This document shows positions 1 through 10,848 of a DNA stretch of 64,000 bases, piece after piece. The stretch is from NCBI RefSeq assembly GCF_964355755.1, contig NC_092671.1, positions 1,364,001 to 1,428,000 on the forward strand, read 5' to 3'. Both the position numbers and the translations under genes were made by a program. The number at the start of each line of letters is the position of its first letter. Position 1 is the stretch's first letter. The notes under the pieces are model-generated. The model was given only the letters and a program-made list of their open reading frames with translations. It did no database searches and had not been told where the DNA came from. This DNA comes from Antedon mediterranea. Taxonomy: Eukaryota; Animalia; Echinodermata.

Positions 1-699
1 AACACATGGAAAGTTATATGTGGTATAAAAGAATGTATTATTATGGATGTAAAGATGGACCAACAATAATGGAAAGCCAATTATCGAGTTTGCCGGAGCC
101 ACAAGAAAACAAAGGGTACAACTATAATAATAGAACTTGGCTTATTATAATATAAAAATATACATTCCCAATCTTCCACCCACTCAATCCCACCATAACT
201 TTTGACCTCATAAATTAAAGAATTGATGTAAATGATGATTGCTGATTGCAAAAACTAATTTCCAAAACCCTGTATTATTCCCAACAAAATACACATAATG
301 ACTTGGAAAGTCATTGCTTAATTTTGCGAAGAAGGCTAAGGCTGGAGATATCATTAAAATCTGTCCGTTTTCATTCGTCTCTAAACAAACATCTTGTTGT
401 AATAAGATGGAAATGGCATATAGAATCTGTCAAATGGGCTTTTATTGTTGTTCACTAATGGAACTATTTATAGTCTATAATCATTGCTATTTAAATTATA
501 ACAATAAAGATGATAAAAAAAAACATAAAGAGGAAGTATTTATTTGAAGAGGACTTAAACCATAAGATCAATGCAATATGATTATGACTAAAATTATAAA
601 ATTCTAAGGCTGGACAAAGTCCAATGTTAATGTTGTCACACAACCAAAAGCTTTCTAATATCAATGAAAGGTGGGGAAAAAGTGATAATTTGATTGCAA

Positions 700-760
700 T
701 GATAAGAATGATGAAAAAGATGATGATGATGATGATGATGATAATGATTGTATATGATGA
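700..760. repeat. (GAT)n microsatellite
   Basis: Run of GAT triplets that explains the poly-Met pseudo-ORF 624-812; a second GAT/AAT tract lies at ~905-935. Confidence 0.9.
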
Positions 761-3700
761 TGTTTATGTTCTCTACATATCTTTCTCAAACTACACAAAC
801 CAAGTTGGATAAATTTAGATTACAATAATAATAATAATTTAATGTTGATAATATAGCAATGAATTATTATCATTATCATGCTAGTAATATACTGATGATT
901 CCATTGATGATGATAATGATAATGATAATGATTATGAGAGATTACTAGTCACAGTATAGTGCATAGATGCTACGCAGAGCCTGTCAAAACAATTCATCAC
1001 TACAACTAACACATGTACGAGATGTAGTATATGAATACAATACATTGTCCATATAAGGCTGGCTCATTGGACTAGAGCATACAGTTAGTAAATGTGGCCT
1101 ACAGAATCACATCAGCTGTGGAAGCAGTATGTCCTCTGAATTGCAGCAATCATAATAATATATGTCAAAATCAAAATACAATGTCTTATTTAATTTCTAA
1201 AGAATACAAAATATTAGCAGCTGGGAATGATGTATCAGTACTTACTAGCAGTTTGAAATTGTGATTCCCAAACAGAGCAAGTCATTAAAATGGAATCTAT
1301 ACTATGAGGAATCTGTCTTGGATGCTAAGGACACTATGGTATATCACAGTGTGGCAATATACTCATTCAAGTTTTTATTTTTTTAAGACATTGACATTGA
1401 TTTAATTGATAATATTACTAAATCTCTAATTGGCACATTCTGTAAATAACTAAATGTATTTTCTTATCTGATGTGGGTTCATCCCATTTTTATTTCTGAT
1501 CTCTCAAATTAACAATTAACAAACAACAAACACACAAGACACACAACATTAACAATTAAAGAATATATTGTCAAATTGGTCACTGTTAAATATTTTAAGT
1601 ACTATTATATCAATTTATATTATAAAAACCATAATATCTGATAAATAAAACAGTTACATACCGTTAATGCACAAATCCTGAATCAATGTATACGATGCAA
1701 AAAGGAATTAATATTCGGGAAGAGAAATCAGGCATAAGCACTAAATTGCAGTACACAATCTGAGAGGTATTTGCCTTCAAACCAAACACCTTAAGATCTA
1801 ATGGCGTAGATTTATAGTATGCATCCGTTTGCTGGCGATTACTGCCGTACATAGTACAACAGTCAGTGAGATGCTCTCGGCACTAATTGCGTAAACAGAT
1901 TGATTTTTGGCGGTCGTAGAGCGCAACCAATGAAATTATCTCAGTGACTCATTATGACATAGTGCTAATTATTCATTACATACTCATTAGCATAATCTAT
2001 AAAACATTATGTAATGTTCCAACAAAGAAATATTACTGACCATAACCATGATGGAACATACTATAAATGTGTTGTTTATCCATAACATAATCATTAATAT
2101 TGAATATCATCAAAACAATGGCATAGATACTGGAAAAATAATTAAGAAATACATTACTAACACATTAAAATCTAACATGAGCCGGTGCCACATATTGGTA
2201 GCGTCTAAACGGCTTAACAAACGGTAACATTATCACACAAATGACGTATATGAATGTAAACAAAACATAAAAGATGCCGCATACACTGATGATAATGGTT
2301 GCTATTCAACAGTATATTTTCCTATGTTTTATTGATGCTGTAAACATACAAATGAATATAAGCCAATTTATAAATTAGGAGTTGTAACCTAAACTACTTC
2401 ATTCTGGGTACGGTGTCTGGATAACTTACCCTAAGATGACCCAATTTTTCTTGAAAGGGCACAGTTATTAATAAGCAAAAACATATTCGATATAAATAAA
2501 AGCTAAATTCCTAAAAGATGATTAAAAAAAGAAAGTACTGATTGTTAATGTTATTATGTAATTAAATTTTCACAACATAATTCAATAAAAGATTAAAATA
2601 ATTTGTTCAAACTAAGGAATAAAGCAAGTAAAATATGTATATATTGTATTTCATTGATTCGTAATTAATTTTTTTAAACAGAACATGAATATTAAATGAT
2701 TTCAAAATGGTAATATTAAAAATGGATACAAAATTATAAACCTACATTAAATCTGATGTCACCTGCAAACCACTAAATGCATACTATAACGATATGAATA
2801 CTAAATGCACTTAATGCAAAGCATCCAATTAGCATGAAATATACTATATCCCTAAGGAATGAGTATGTAAATCCATGCTGACAACCAGGCTAATGCCTAG
2901 ATGTCCACCACATAAAGTCTAAAGCCAAGTTTACACCAAGCCCGGGTACAGTCCGCTGCCCATAAGAAAAGCATAAGCATGTACATGGTTATTTGAGGTC
3001 TAGACTTATTTTTTCTTGTACTGTAGTCCACATCCTCAATCTATGAAAGACACTTTATTCTGTTTTTTAAAGCTATTTCAAGCTTTAACCACTCCTACGT
3101 CTTAGTGCAATCTAGTGTCTAAGAGCAAGAAGAGTTTTAAAAATCTCCAAATACTGGAATATGGACTGAAAACAGGAAATTCTCCCACAATGTATAACTA
3201 TTAGAAAAAAAAAACACCAAAAAATCCTGGATTTGGGCTGAGAGTTAGCTGTACTATATTAGAATTCAGACCAGGGAGTTAAAGCATTACCCTACCTGTC
3301 TGTACACTCCTCTTGGTACACTATATCTCTCAGTACACTACCTCCTGGTATTTGGTAAATCCGGTATTTACATCAAAGTCAGTAGACTAATTACCTCTTG
3401 CTTAGCTTCCTTCAATCACAAAATGAACATCTTTCAAACTTGTCTGTTCTGTGTTTCCTGTTAATTAGTTGTTATTCACAAATATACAAATGCTTTATTG
3501 ATCGTGGATAATTAATTAGTCAGAATCTCAGTTGTATAAATCTATTATTGAGCCTTTTTAATGGCGATTGTTCAACTCTTTTCAAAAGCTTTTGAGCACT
3601 CTTTAATTGTGATCAATCAGAACAAAGATTTGTCCTTCCAATACCTCGTTATTTCCACTGAATCTTAAGCTTGAAGATATGCGTCGTGAAAGTCATTTCT

Positions 3701-4459
3701 AAACTAGAAATTACAAATTAATTGATGCCTAATATTTTGGTTTTTGCTTAGGCCATAGACCTATAAATTTGGTCGATGCTTAACAAATAATTTTGTTATT
3801 CTAAATAACTAAACATAAATTTAATTAACTAATTTTTTAAATGCTTATAAATTAAAAGGTCACTTTCTACTTTACTACGTCAGTGAGAAAAATCAAAGTT
3901 CAATTAAAATTATATATATTTCATATGACTTCAATCAGAAATACATAATTAGAGTTAAGCTAGTAATCAATCTATTAGCATGCTCTCAATTGAGTAACAT
4001 GGACCACCCCCCTATCTAATGACCCCGATTACATACATTGCTGACTAATTAAAGACATACCTTGATACAGTAGCTGGGTAAAAGTCATGTAAAACATGGA
4101 CCTTGTTTACTCTGACTGGGACTAAGTGAAACCATGCCTACTGGGCTTGCATCAAGACGCAACAACTGTTAAATTATTTACATATTAATATGAACAGCAA
4201 GAAAGTAACATGCTGCCGTCAAAGAACATAGAAACCACATTCTCATGTTTTGGTAGGAACAATATCAACATTTTCAACAATAAGCATGTTGGGTGCAAAT
4301 ATGGTAAGAAAGGCACAGAATAAATATGTGTTCGTATTGTGAAAACTAAACACAACATTAAGGTACACAATAATGTGTTCACATTGTGAAAAGTAAATGT
4401 TATTTCAACCGAGTTTGACCTATTGTATCTTTAAATGAATAAAAAAGTGAAAGGTATGT

Positions 4460-4469
4460 CACTGTTCCT
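4460..4469. repeat. Left target-site duplication (CACTGTTCCT)
   Basis: Identical to 21960-21969; extending by one base on either side breaks identity. Confidence 0.92.
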
Positions 4470-4679
4470 CGGTCAGTCTAATTACCGAAAACAACCGAAA
4501 ACAACCGAAAACAACCGAAAACAACCATAAACAACTGAAAACAACCATAAACAACCGAAAACAAACCGAAAACAAAATAACAATATCTAAATACCGAAAA
4601 CAAATTTGATGCAGCTACTATATTGACCTCGCACGCCAAACAAATTTCTACAGTATATTTTTTAAATGTCGCCCTCTAT
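4470..4679 (+). repeat. Left TIR with subterminal 10-bp tandem array (ACCGAAAACA)n
   Basis: About 9 copies of ACCGAAAACA or variants. Inner parts (ATCTAAATACCGAAAACAAATTT, ATGTCGCCCTCTAT) also have inverted counterparts at the right end. Confidence 0.9.
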
Positions 4680-5299
4680 TGATAGGTGTTTCTAAAGCCA
4701 ACAAGACCGCGCGCGCAAAGCCAAGGAGATAGAGACCATACGAAATGGAAGTGTGCACAAAATTTAACTCAATATCGTACAAACTCAATGATAACACCGT
4801 GCATTTACTTACAGAATCTACAATATGTTAGATATTTAATATATATGTTACATGAATCTTACGGAGACAAGGAATTGTCTGTAGTCGTAAGACCCTTTGA
4901 AAAATAAAACATTATCATAGAAAAAAACATGAAATAAGGTTTTAAAGATACAAGTTGGAAAGTTAAAGTATTCCTACATATAATATAAAAGAAACTACAT
5001 AATAGTAGCCTAACACTAACACGCACCACGCATAATATATAAGCATTTTAATATATAAGCATTTTTAAATACTGTAATTCGATATAATCACTTCTAAAAT
5101 ATTTTTTAGTATTTTATAACAATTTTAACAACTAGGGATGGTTCTCGAATACATAGTATAATTTCAGCGATTTCAAATGTACTTACCGCATGACAATAAT
5201 ACACCACTTCTACGACGTTTATTTGTGTATATTGTGTTTATATGTAAAACAGTTTGTGAAAAACACCTCTATTCGGTGCAAATCGTAAATTAGCAGGTC

Positions 5300-5490
5300 T
5301 GAAAATAATACTAAAAAGTGGTCAAAAATTGGGACCGTAGTCCGGATTGCCTCCAAATGTAATGGAGTGGTCCTTGGCCACATATTTCTTGCAATAACTT
5401 TTTTGAGTAATTCTGCTAACAAACAGACAGACAATCAAATAAACAGACACACGCGATCGATTAGAGATACCTCCTTGGCGGAGGTAAATA
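5300..5490 (-). mobile_element. Truncated DINE-1/Helentron-associated (HINE-like) non-autonomous element
   Basis: Minus strand starts TTATTTACCTCCGCCAAGGAGGTA (T-rich end, 7-bp hairpin at 5468-5486), followed by a GTCTGTCTGTTTG microsatellite. This is the typical DINE-1-like 5' layout; no 3' end found. Confidence 0.6.
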
Positions 5491-5614
5491 ATAAATAACT
5501 TTTAAACCAATCAATTAATTGTGATAGAAGTATTGTGGTATTTGACTGACTTTGACAAATCAAGAAAGACGCCAATAAAAAAATCCCTTTTATGTAATGC
5601 TGAAGTAATTTTAT

Positions 5615-5733
5615 TTCTATCTACCCAATTAATAAAGAAAAGCCAGTAATGCCAAATTCATTCTGCATACGACTGATCAGGATGTCGTGATCTATCGTAT
5701 CAAAAGGATAAAAAAAAAACTGCCAAAACTAGC
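5615..5733 (-). pseudogene. LINE (CR1/L2-like) reverse transcriptase fragment, copy 1
   Basis: Near-identical to 7676-7789; minus strand encodes an FDTIDHDILISRMQNEFGITG-like RT motif. Confidence 0.7.
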
Positions 5734-5993
5734 ATAATATATCACCCTTTATCATGTTTCATCAACATAATATATCACTTTTAACGCGATAGAGCAGTTT
5801 CCGTACTATGAGATTTATTATATTATTTATACCGACTGATATGTTTCATAAAGTAGACAGGAAATGGTTAGATACTGAATAATCTTACCTAACGTATGAA
5901 GGTTAGAAACTGGGCGAAAATCTGAGTTTAATGTTGATTTGGTCGGGAACCTAAACCAATAATTTCGCAAATCAACATTAGTAGACATTCGTA

Positions 5994-6296
5994 GGGAGTG
6001 AGTGGCCGAGCGGTTACGACAGTGGAACAGTAATTACGTAGCCATAACATCGGCAGGGGTTCGAGGCTCACTCACTCCGTGGTTCTGGTGGTTAGAACGA
6101 GTCTTCTCGGATAAGGACTATAAACCGTAGGTCCAGTGTACACATCTCGCTCGTGTGCACTTTAAAGAACCTAGTACGAGACGAGTAGGGGGTTACCCCG
6201 GTGTATTAGTACATTACAGCCACTGATCACCAACTGGGTCCTCTGGGAGACCAGTCTTTGACTGAAGAGGTTACCCAGTATAAATATAAATTCAAT
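5994..6296 (+). mobile_element. tRNA-derived SINE with Deu/Nin-type central domain
   Basis: A box TGGCCGAGCGG, B box GGTTCGAGGC, acceptor-like stem GGAGTGA/TCACTCC, then CTCGGATAAGGACTATAAACCGTAGGTCC..GCACTTTAAAGAACC and a short AT-rich tail. A decayed relative lies at ~57400-57498. Confidence 0.8.
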
Positions 6297-6679
6297 CGAT
6301 TCTGTGTTTTAAAACTTTTATTTTTATTTAAAATGTATTAGGATAAAAATGGGCAAAACGGATATATTGCTACATTTAAAAATGGAGGTCAAATACACAG
6401 TACAAATATTTTGTATATAGCCCGATTTAAACAAATGACAGGAGAAAAACATAATATCTATTTGGGTATTTATTTCTAACTATACGTTGATTTGTTTACA
6501 AACTTTTACGATTGCATGTTCATTAAATTCGTCATAACCATGCCAGGTTACTTTCCAGAGGTGAATGACGATATAATATTTTTACATTAAATGCATTGGC
6601 GATATTGTTGTTACCCATATTTTATGTACATCAAGGATTATGTGTTGCGCTGTATTATACATTTTTTTTTACTTTGATG

Positions 6680-6681
<2 letters not shown>

Positions 6682-6749
<68 letters not shown>
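6682..6749. repeat. (TA)n microsatellite
   Basis: About 34 perfect TA units. Confidence 0.98.
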
Positions 6750-6750
<1 letters not shown>

Positions 6751-6826
6751 TGAGGACTAGTTGTGTTCCAACCGTACCACGCCGAGAATGTTAAAGGGTC
6801 GTTATCCAATCGAGTTAAAGAACAAT

Positions 6827-6909
6827 ACCATGAAATGGTCTAATGGTTAGAGGGCAACTGCATATCAAGCAGACGGTCCGAGTTCGAGTCTCGGTTGGGT
6901 CGACTTTTT
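6827..6909 (+). other. tRNA-like Pol III unit (pseudo-tRNA) inside a repeat adjoining (TA)n
   Basis: A box TGGTCTAATGG, anticodon-like arm CTGC-ATATCAA-GCAG, perfect T arm CCGAG-TTCGAGT-CTCGG and TTTTT at 6905-6909; the acceptor stem pairs poorly. Confidence 0.6.
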
Positions 6910-7302
6910 CTCATTCTCACAGATTTCCTCATCTTTATCATTTCAAAAATTAATTAAATAATTTTCAGTGTATCACCGGGCGGTTTGGAATTTATTTCTA
7001 TGCCTGTTGTGTTTTTATATTTATACAATTGTATTGCGAAGCACTGTGTAAATTATATATAAATAAATACTGTCAAATTACAGTGCTCATCGGAACATGA
7101 TCTCATAAACGCGTCATTGGCGAAAGTTCCGTATTTTTTAGTTGTATGAAAAAATGTCTCTGGCGGGATTCGAACCTGTATATACGTTTCATACAAAAAT
7201 TGTAATTAATCACGGCAAACAATTCTACGTAGTTCCTCGGAAATCTGTCTTAAGGCCATAACTGACAGGCCTATGCAACTCATCGAATTAATTTACTAAC
7301 TT

Positions 7303-7620
7303 ATTTTACAGAATTGATGCCGTCAAGAACTTGGCTGGGATGATGCAATACCTCGCACCATCCAATCCGAATGGAATATTGGTTAGATGAACTTAGAAGG
7401 CATGAAATATGTTACAAACTACAACACAAAAAGTATGCGAGAGCGAATTACACCCTTTTTTAGATGCTATAATTAAGGGCCAGCGTTTCTGTAGTTGATG
7501 ACACTAACTATCGATGAGGCAGCACCCATAGATAGTAATGAAAATAAGTCAGTCTGAGATTTTCAACATGGGAGAACCTCTGGAAAACTATAGCTTGGGT
7601 ACCAGGTCCTGAAATACAAG
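7303..7620 (+). pseudogene. Degenerate BEL/Pao LTR-retrotransposon pol relic
   Basis: Plus-strand translations across stops and frameshifts give ILQ..CRQELGWDDAIP..QSEW..WLDEL, ELHPFLDA (cf. ELHxFSDAS) and RFSTWENLWKTIAWV (cf. RFSSWxRLxRVTAWV), in the expected order but with large deletions. Confidence 0.72.
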
Positions 7621-7675
7621 GCTCGACTGAGACAAATATTAAAACTACCAAGGAAGAAGAATGGATCCATCAATA

Positions 7676-7789
7676 TTCTATCTACCCAATTTAAAGAAAA
7701 GCCAGTAATGCCAAATTCCTTCTGCATACGACTGATCAGGATGTCGTGATCTATCGTATCAAAAGGATAAATAACCTGCAAAAACTAGC
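7676..7789 (-). pseudogene. LINE (CR1/L2-like) reverse transcriptase fragment, copy 2
   Basis: ORF 7563-7781 contains FDTIDHDILISRMQKEFGITGFSLNW, matching the non-LTR RT motif (A)FDTxDHxILxxxL..GIxG..LxW. Confidence 0.75.
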
Positions 7790-8358
7790 GTTAACAAAAT
7801 TATTGAACCAGTATGAATATGATGTTTCAAAAGAGCACGTCATGAAGACCACAACATTTGAGAAATGTCTATTCCCACAATCAAATGCAATCACACACGT
7901 ATAAAGCATGCTGTGTATTTCAGTTTCTTATAGATACGGTATCAGTAACTTGAACTAGTATATTATGGAGATACTCTGTGGAGATCGATAGTTCTATCAA
8001 CTATGGTTGTTCATTTATTTGGTGCTCTTTAAGTATAGAATAGATAAAGATAAGCTAAAGCTTCACTGTTTAAAAACACAGACGATTTATTGTTGACACT
8101 TGAGAATTTGTATAAGTTATTCATAAATCTAATTTTTTTACGAAAAAAAAACCTAATTTCACAACTAATTTTAGTGAATTTTCATATATTTATATTTAAT
8201 CTCTATCGAACGGTGGGGCAGGGAATAGGCCTAATGGAGGAGGTAGGAGGGTGGGGATGAGCTATATTATAATGATGTAGGCATATGTATAATACCATTA
8301 AAATATACAATAGACACATTATAATGTCAACAACCTTATAATAAAACAAATACTAATG

Positions 8359-9391
8359 GAGAAAAACTCGAAAACAGAGACCCCCACTAAAACGTCTCAT
8401 TATATTGGGGGTCTCTTTTTTTGAGATTTCCCGAGACCCCCTAATATAATCCCTGTTTATTGAGAGTGTTGCAAATACCCACCAACGAGCTTGGTCATAA
8501 ATTATTAAAACCCAACTTTTATCGCAAAAACCGTGAATTTATGTTTATTTATTTATCAATTTATTTTTATTTTTTTAATTCATTTCTTTTTAAAGGTTCG
8601 CCCAACACAATATATTTGTCTTCATCCTCCAGTCTGCCTCAAAGTCTGACCTCATATCATTTTGTTATTGCATTGTACGTTATTATCTTTTATGCTTGTT
8701 AATAAAGGTTACGAAACTAGTGTCAGTTTTTGAAATAATCTCCCGCTTTTTAGCTTCTAACATGCATTTATACATCTTACTTAACTTCTAGGACGTCGAC
8801 CTTGTATTCCAAAATGACAGTCTCTTCACACGCGTTCAAGAATTCATCAATCTTCTTATCGTTGCGGCATGTTCTTTGATATCGGCATATCAGTTACCGT
8901 TTATTACTGATACGTCATTCTGTGATTTTGAGACGTTTTAGTGGGGACCCCCTATATAACGTAATATTGACCTAATATTGAGACGTTTTAGTGGGGGTCT
9001 CTGTTTTCGAGTTTTTCTCGAAAACAGAGACCCCTATATAACGTAATATTGACTTAATATTGAAACGTTTTAGTGGAGGTCTCTGTTTTCTAGAAAAACT
9101 CGAAAACTGAGACCCCCTATATAACGTAATATTGACTTAATATTAAGAAGTTTTAATGGGGGTATCTGTTTTCGAGTTTTTCTGGAAAACAGAGACCCCC
9201 TATGTAACGTAATATTGACTTAATATTGAGACGTTTTAATGGGGGTATCTGTTTTCGAGTTTTTCTGGAAAACAGAGACCCCCTATATAACGTATTATTT
9301 AGACGTTTTAGTGGGGGTCTCTGTTTTCCAGATTTTCTCGAAAACAGAGACCCTGGGTCTCGGGTCTCTGGTCTCTGTTTTTGAGACACCC
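8359..9391. mobile_element. Nested foldback-type DNA element remnant with 82-83 bp hairpin-containing tandem repeats
   Basis: 8359-8399 is the exact reverse complement of 8979-9019. The array at 8929-9354 has units with a 19-bp stem GGGGGTCTCTGTTTTCGAG/CTCGAAAACAGAGACCCCC. The right end GGTCTCTGTTTTTGAGACACCC looks like a TIR terminus; the left terminus is missing. Confidence 0.65.
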
Positions 9392-9679
9392 GTTTCGACC
9401 TATCTCTTAGTCTCTGGTCTCTGTGTTCGAAGAACCTTAGTAATTTTATCAAGATCATACAAAGGAGTTCCTTACATGTTTATTCTTGACGGTAACCTAT
9501 TTTGCAATATGTCAGTGGAATAACTGGCATTTTATCGGAGTCGGACGGTTTTGTCAAAATAGTGTTTGATATGGCGATAGCACCGGTTCCGTGTGCGGTT
9601 ATTATCAAAGCAGCCTGTTGGTTTCCGATTTCTTAAAGATGGTCCCAAATATGAGAGCAGCTTTGGCAAAATGTGCATT

Positions 9680-9941
9680 GCGATTGGTCTAGAACTTTGA
9701 CGGTGTTAGGCTTCAGAAAATAAGCCAATAAAAAAGACCTTCATGCAACTATGTAAAAAGCGTGGTTCTGCTGAAGTTTCTTTCCACTATTTAAAGCGAT
9801 AAAAAAACACATCATACCTTTATTCTTGAATTCTCACTGGAGAAAATCCATCTAAATCTTTATTTTTGTACAGTTCAGTTCAGTTGTACAACAGTTCAGT
9901 CTATTTTTACTTAACCGTTCGGTTCTGACGAGCACACAGTG
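9680..9941 (+). promoter_or_regulatory. Candidate promoter and non-coding first exon of the transposon gene
   Basis: ATTGG (~9683) and CCAAT (~9725) boxes, repeated Inr-like TCAGT at ~9870-9901, and a consensus donor GTG|GTAAGT at 9942 that could join the acceptor at 10845. Confidence 0.45.
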
Positions 9942-10848
9942 GTAAGTCATTCATAATTATTTACAGTTCATTTTTTAATAGTTAATCATTATTCAGTGTA
10001 TAAAGAATGCTTTAATTTAAATATCTACAACGGTATTCAAGTTATTTATTTGTGCGAATCGCAATTTTTCGCGTATACGCATTCGCAGTTTAATTTTTAC
10101 CCAAAAATCATCAAACTAATCATTTTGACTAATAATGATATAAAGAATTGAAAAACAATAAAGCCTAAGTTAAGCAATTTGATTTGTGTACTTGTTTTTT
10201 TTCTTTTTCTCTTTTGTGGCGCAAACACCACTTTTATTCACATTCATATTATCTCATATTACATAAAATCGTATTATTTAACTTGTAAATGTCGTTACAG
10301 TTCATAAGTAACATTTTTACATATATGAATTCTGTATTACTCCTTTTTTCATTAATTTTCTTATATTTTGTTATACACTTGACAGGATCATCATTATCAT
10401 CTATCCCGTTTTAAAATAGTTCACACATTTTCATTTGTTTGTTTTCATTTTACAACCCGGATTATACAATATATTTATATACATGATAAAAATAAACAAT
10501 AATAGCTCAGTACCACCAGTAACCCGTATCACTGTAATTCTTTTTCTGTTAATCGTATCAAATTAGAAATTATATTATCATAATCTTATTTCTTAAAGCT
10601 ACCCATTTTTCTATACTTTTTTCTTTATTGTTATATGTTTCACATTCAATGTTATATAACATATTGCTTTTAAATGAATTCCATAAAGATTTACCGACTG
10701 GCTTATTTAGTGCAGATAACATTTTTATTCTATAAATAGTAAATGCTGCAAAAGTGTAAATATAATCTGATAAATATAATGTGTACTTGCTAATGATAGG
10801 ACCTTACAATTGCTTTCAAACCAATTGTTCTTATTTTACTTTCAGAAT

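Noticed and set aside
624-812. Poly-Met ORF
   Set aside because: (GAT)n microsatellite.
4058-4166. Minus-strand AG..GT segment as the next NAV coding exon
   Set aside because: Stop codon in the required phase-0 frame and no similarity to the expected IENIxxCLxFL sequence; that exon was not found in the window.
5994-6909. Functional tRNA genes at 5994 and 6827 (also 43875 and 58327)
   Set aside because: Irregular anticodon arms or unpaired acceptor stems, and all are embedded in repeat bodies.
8929-9354. Palindromic repeat array as a CRISPR array; ORFs 9153-9458 and 9239-9523
   Set aside because: Sequence between hairpins is itself repeated (no unique spacers), there are no cas genes and the context is eukaryotic; the ORFs are by-products of the repeat.
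10810-10848. TTG start of the 355-aa ORF and its stop at 11877
   Set aside because: The upstream part is a polypyrimidine tract ending in TTTCAG; ATG 10849 and the donor at 11855 fit better.
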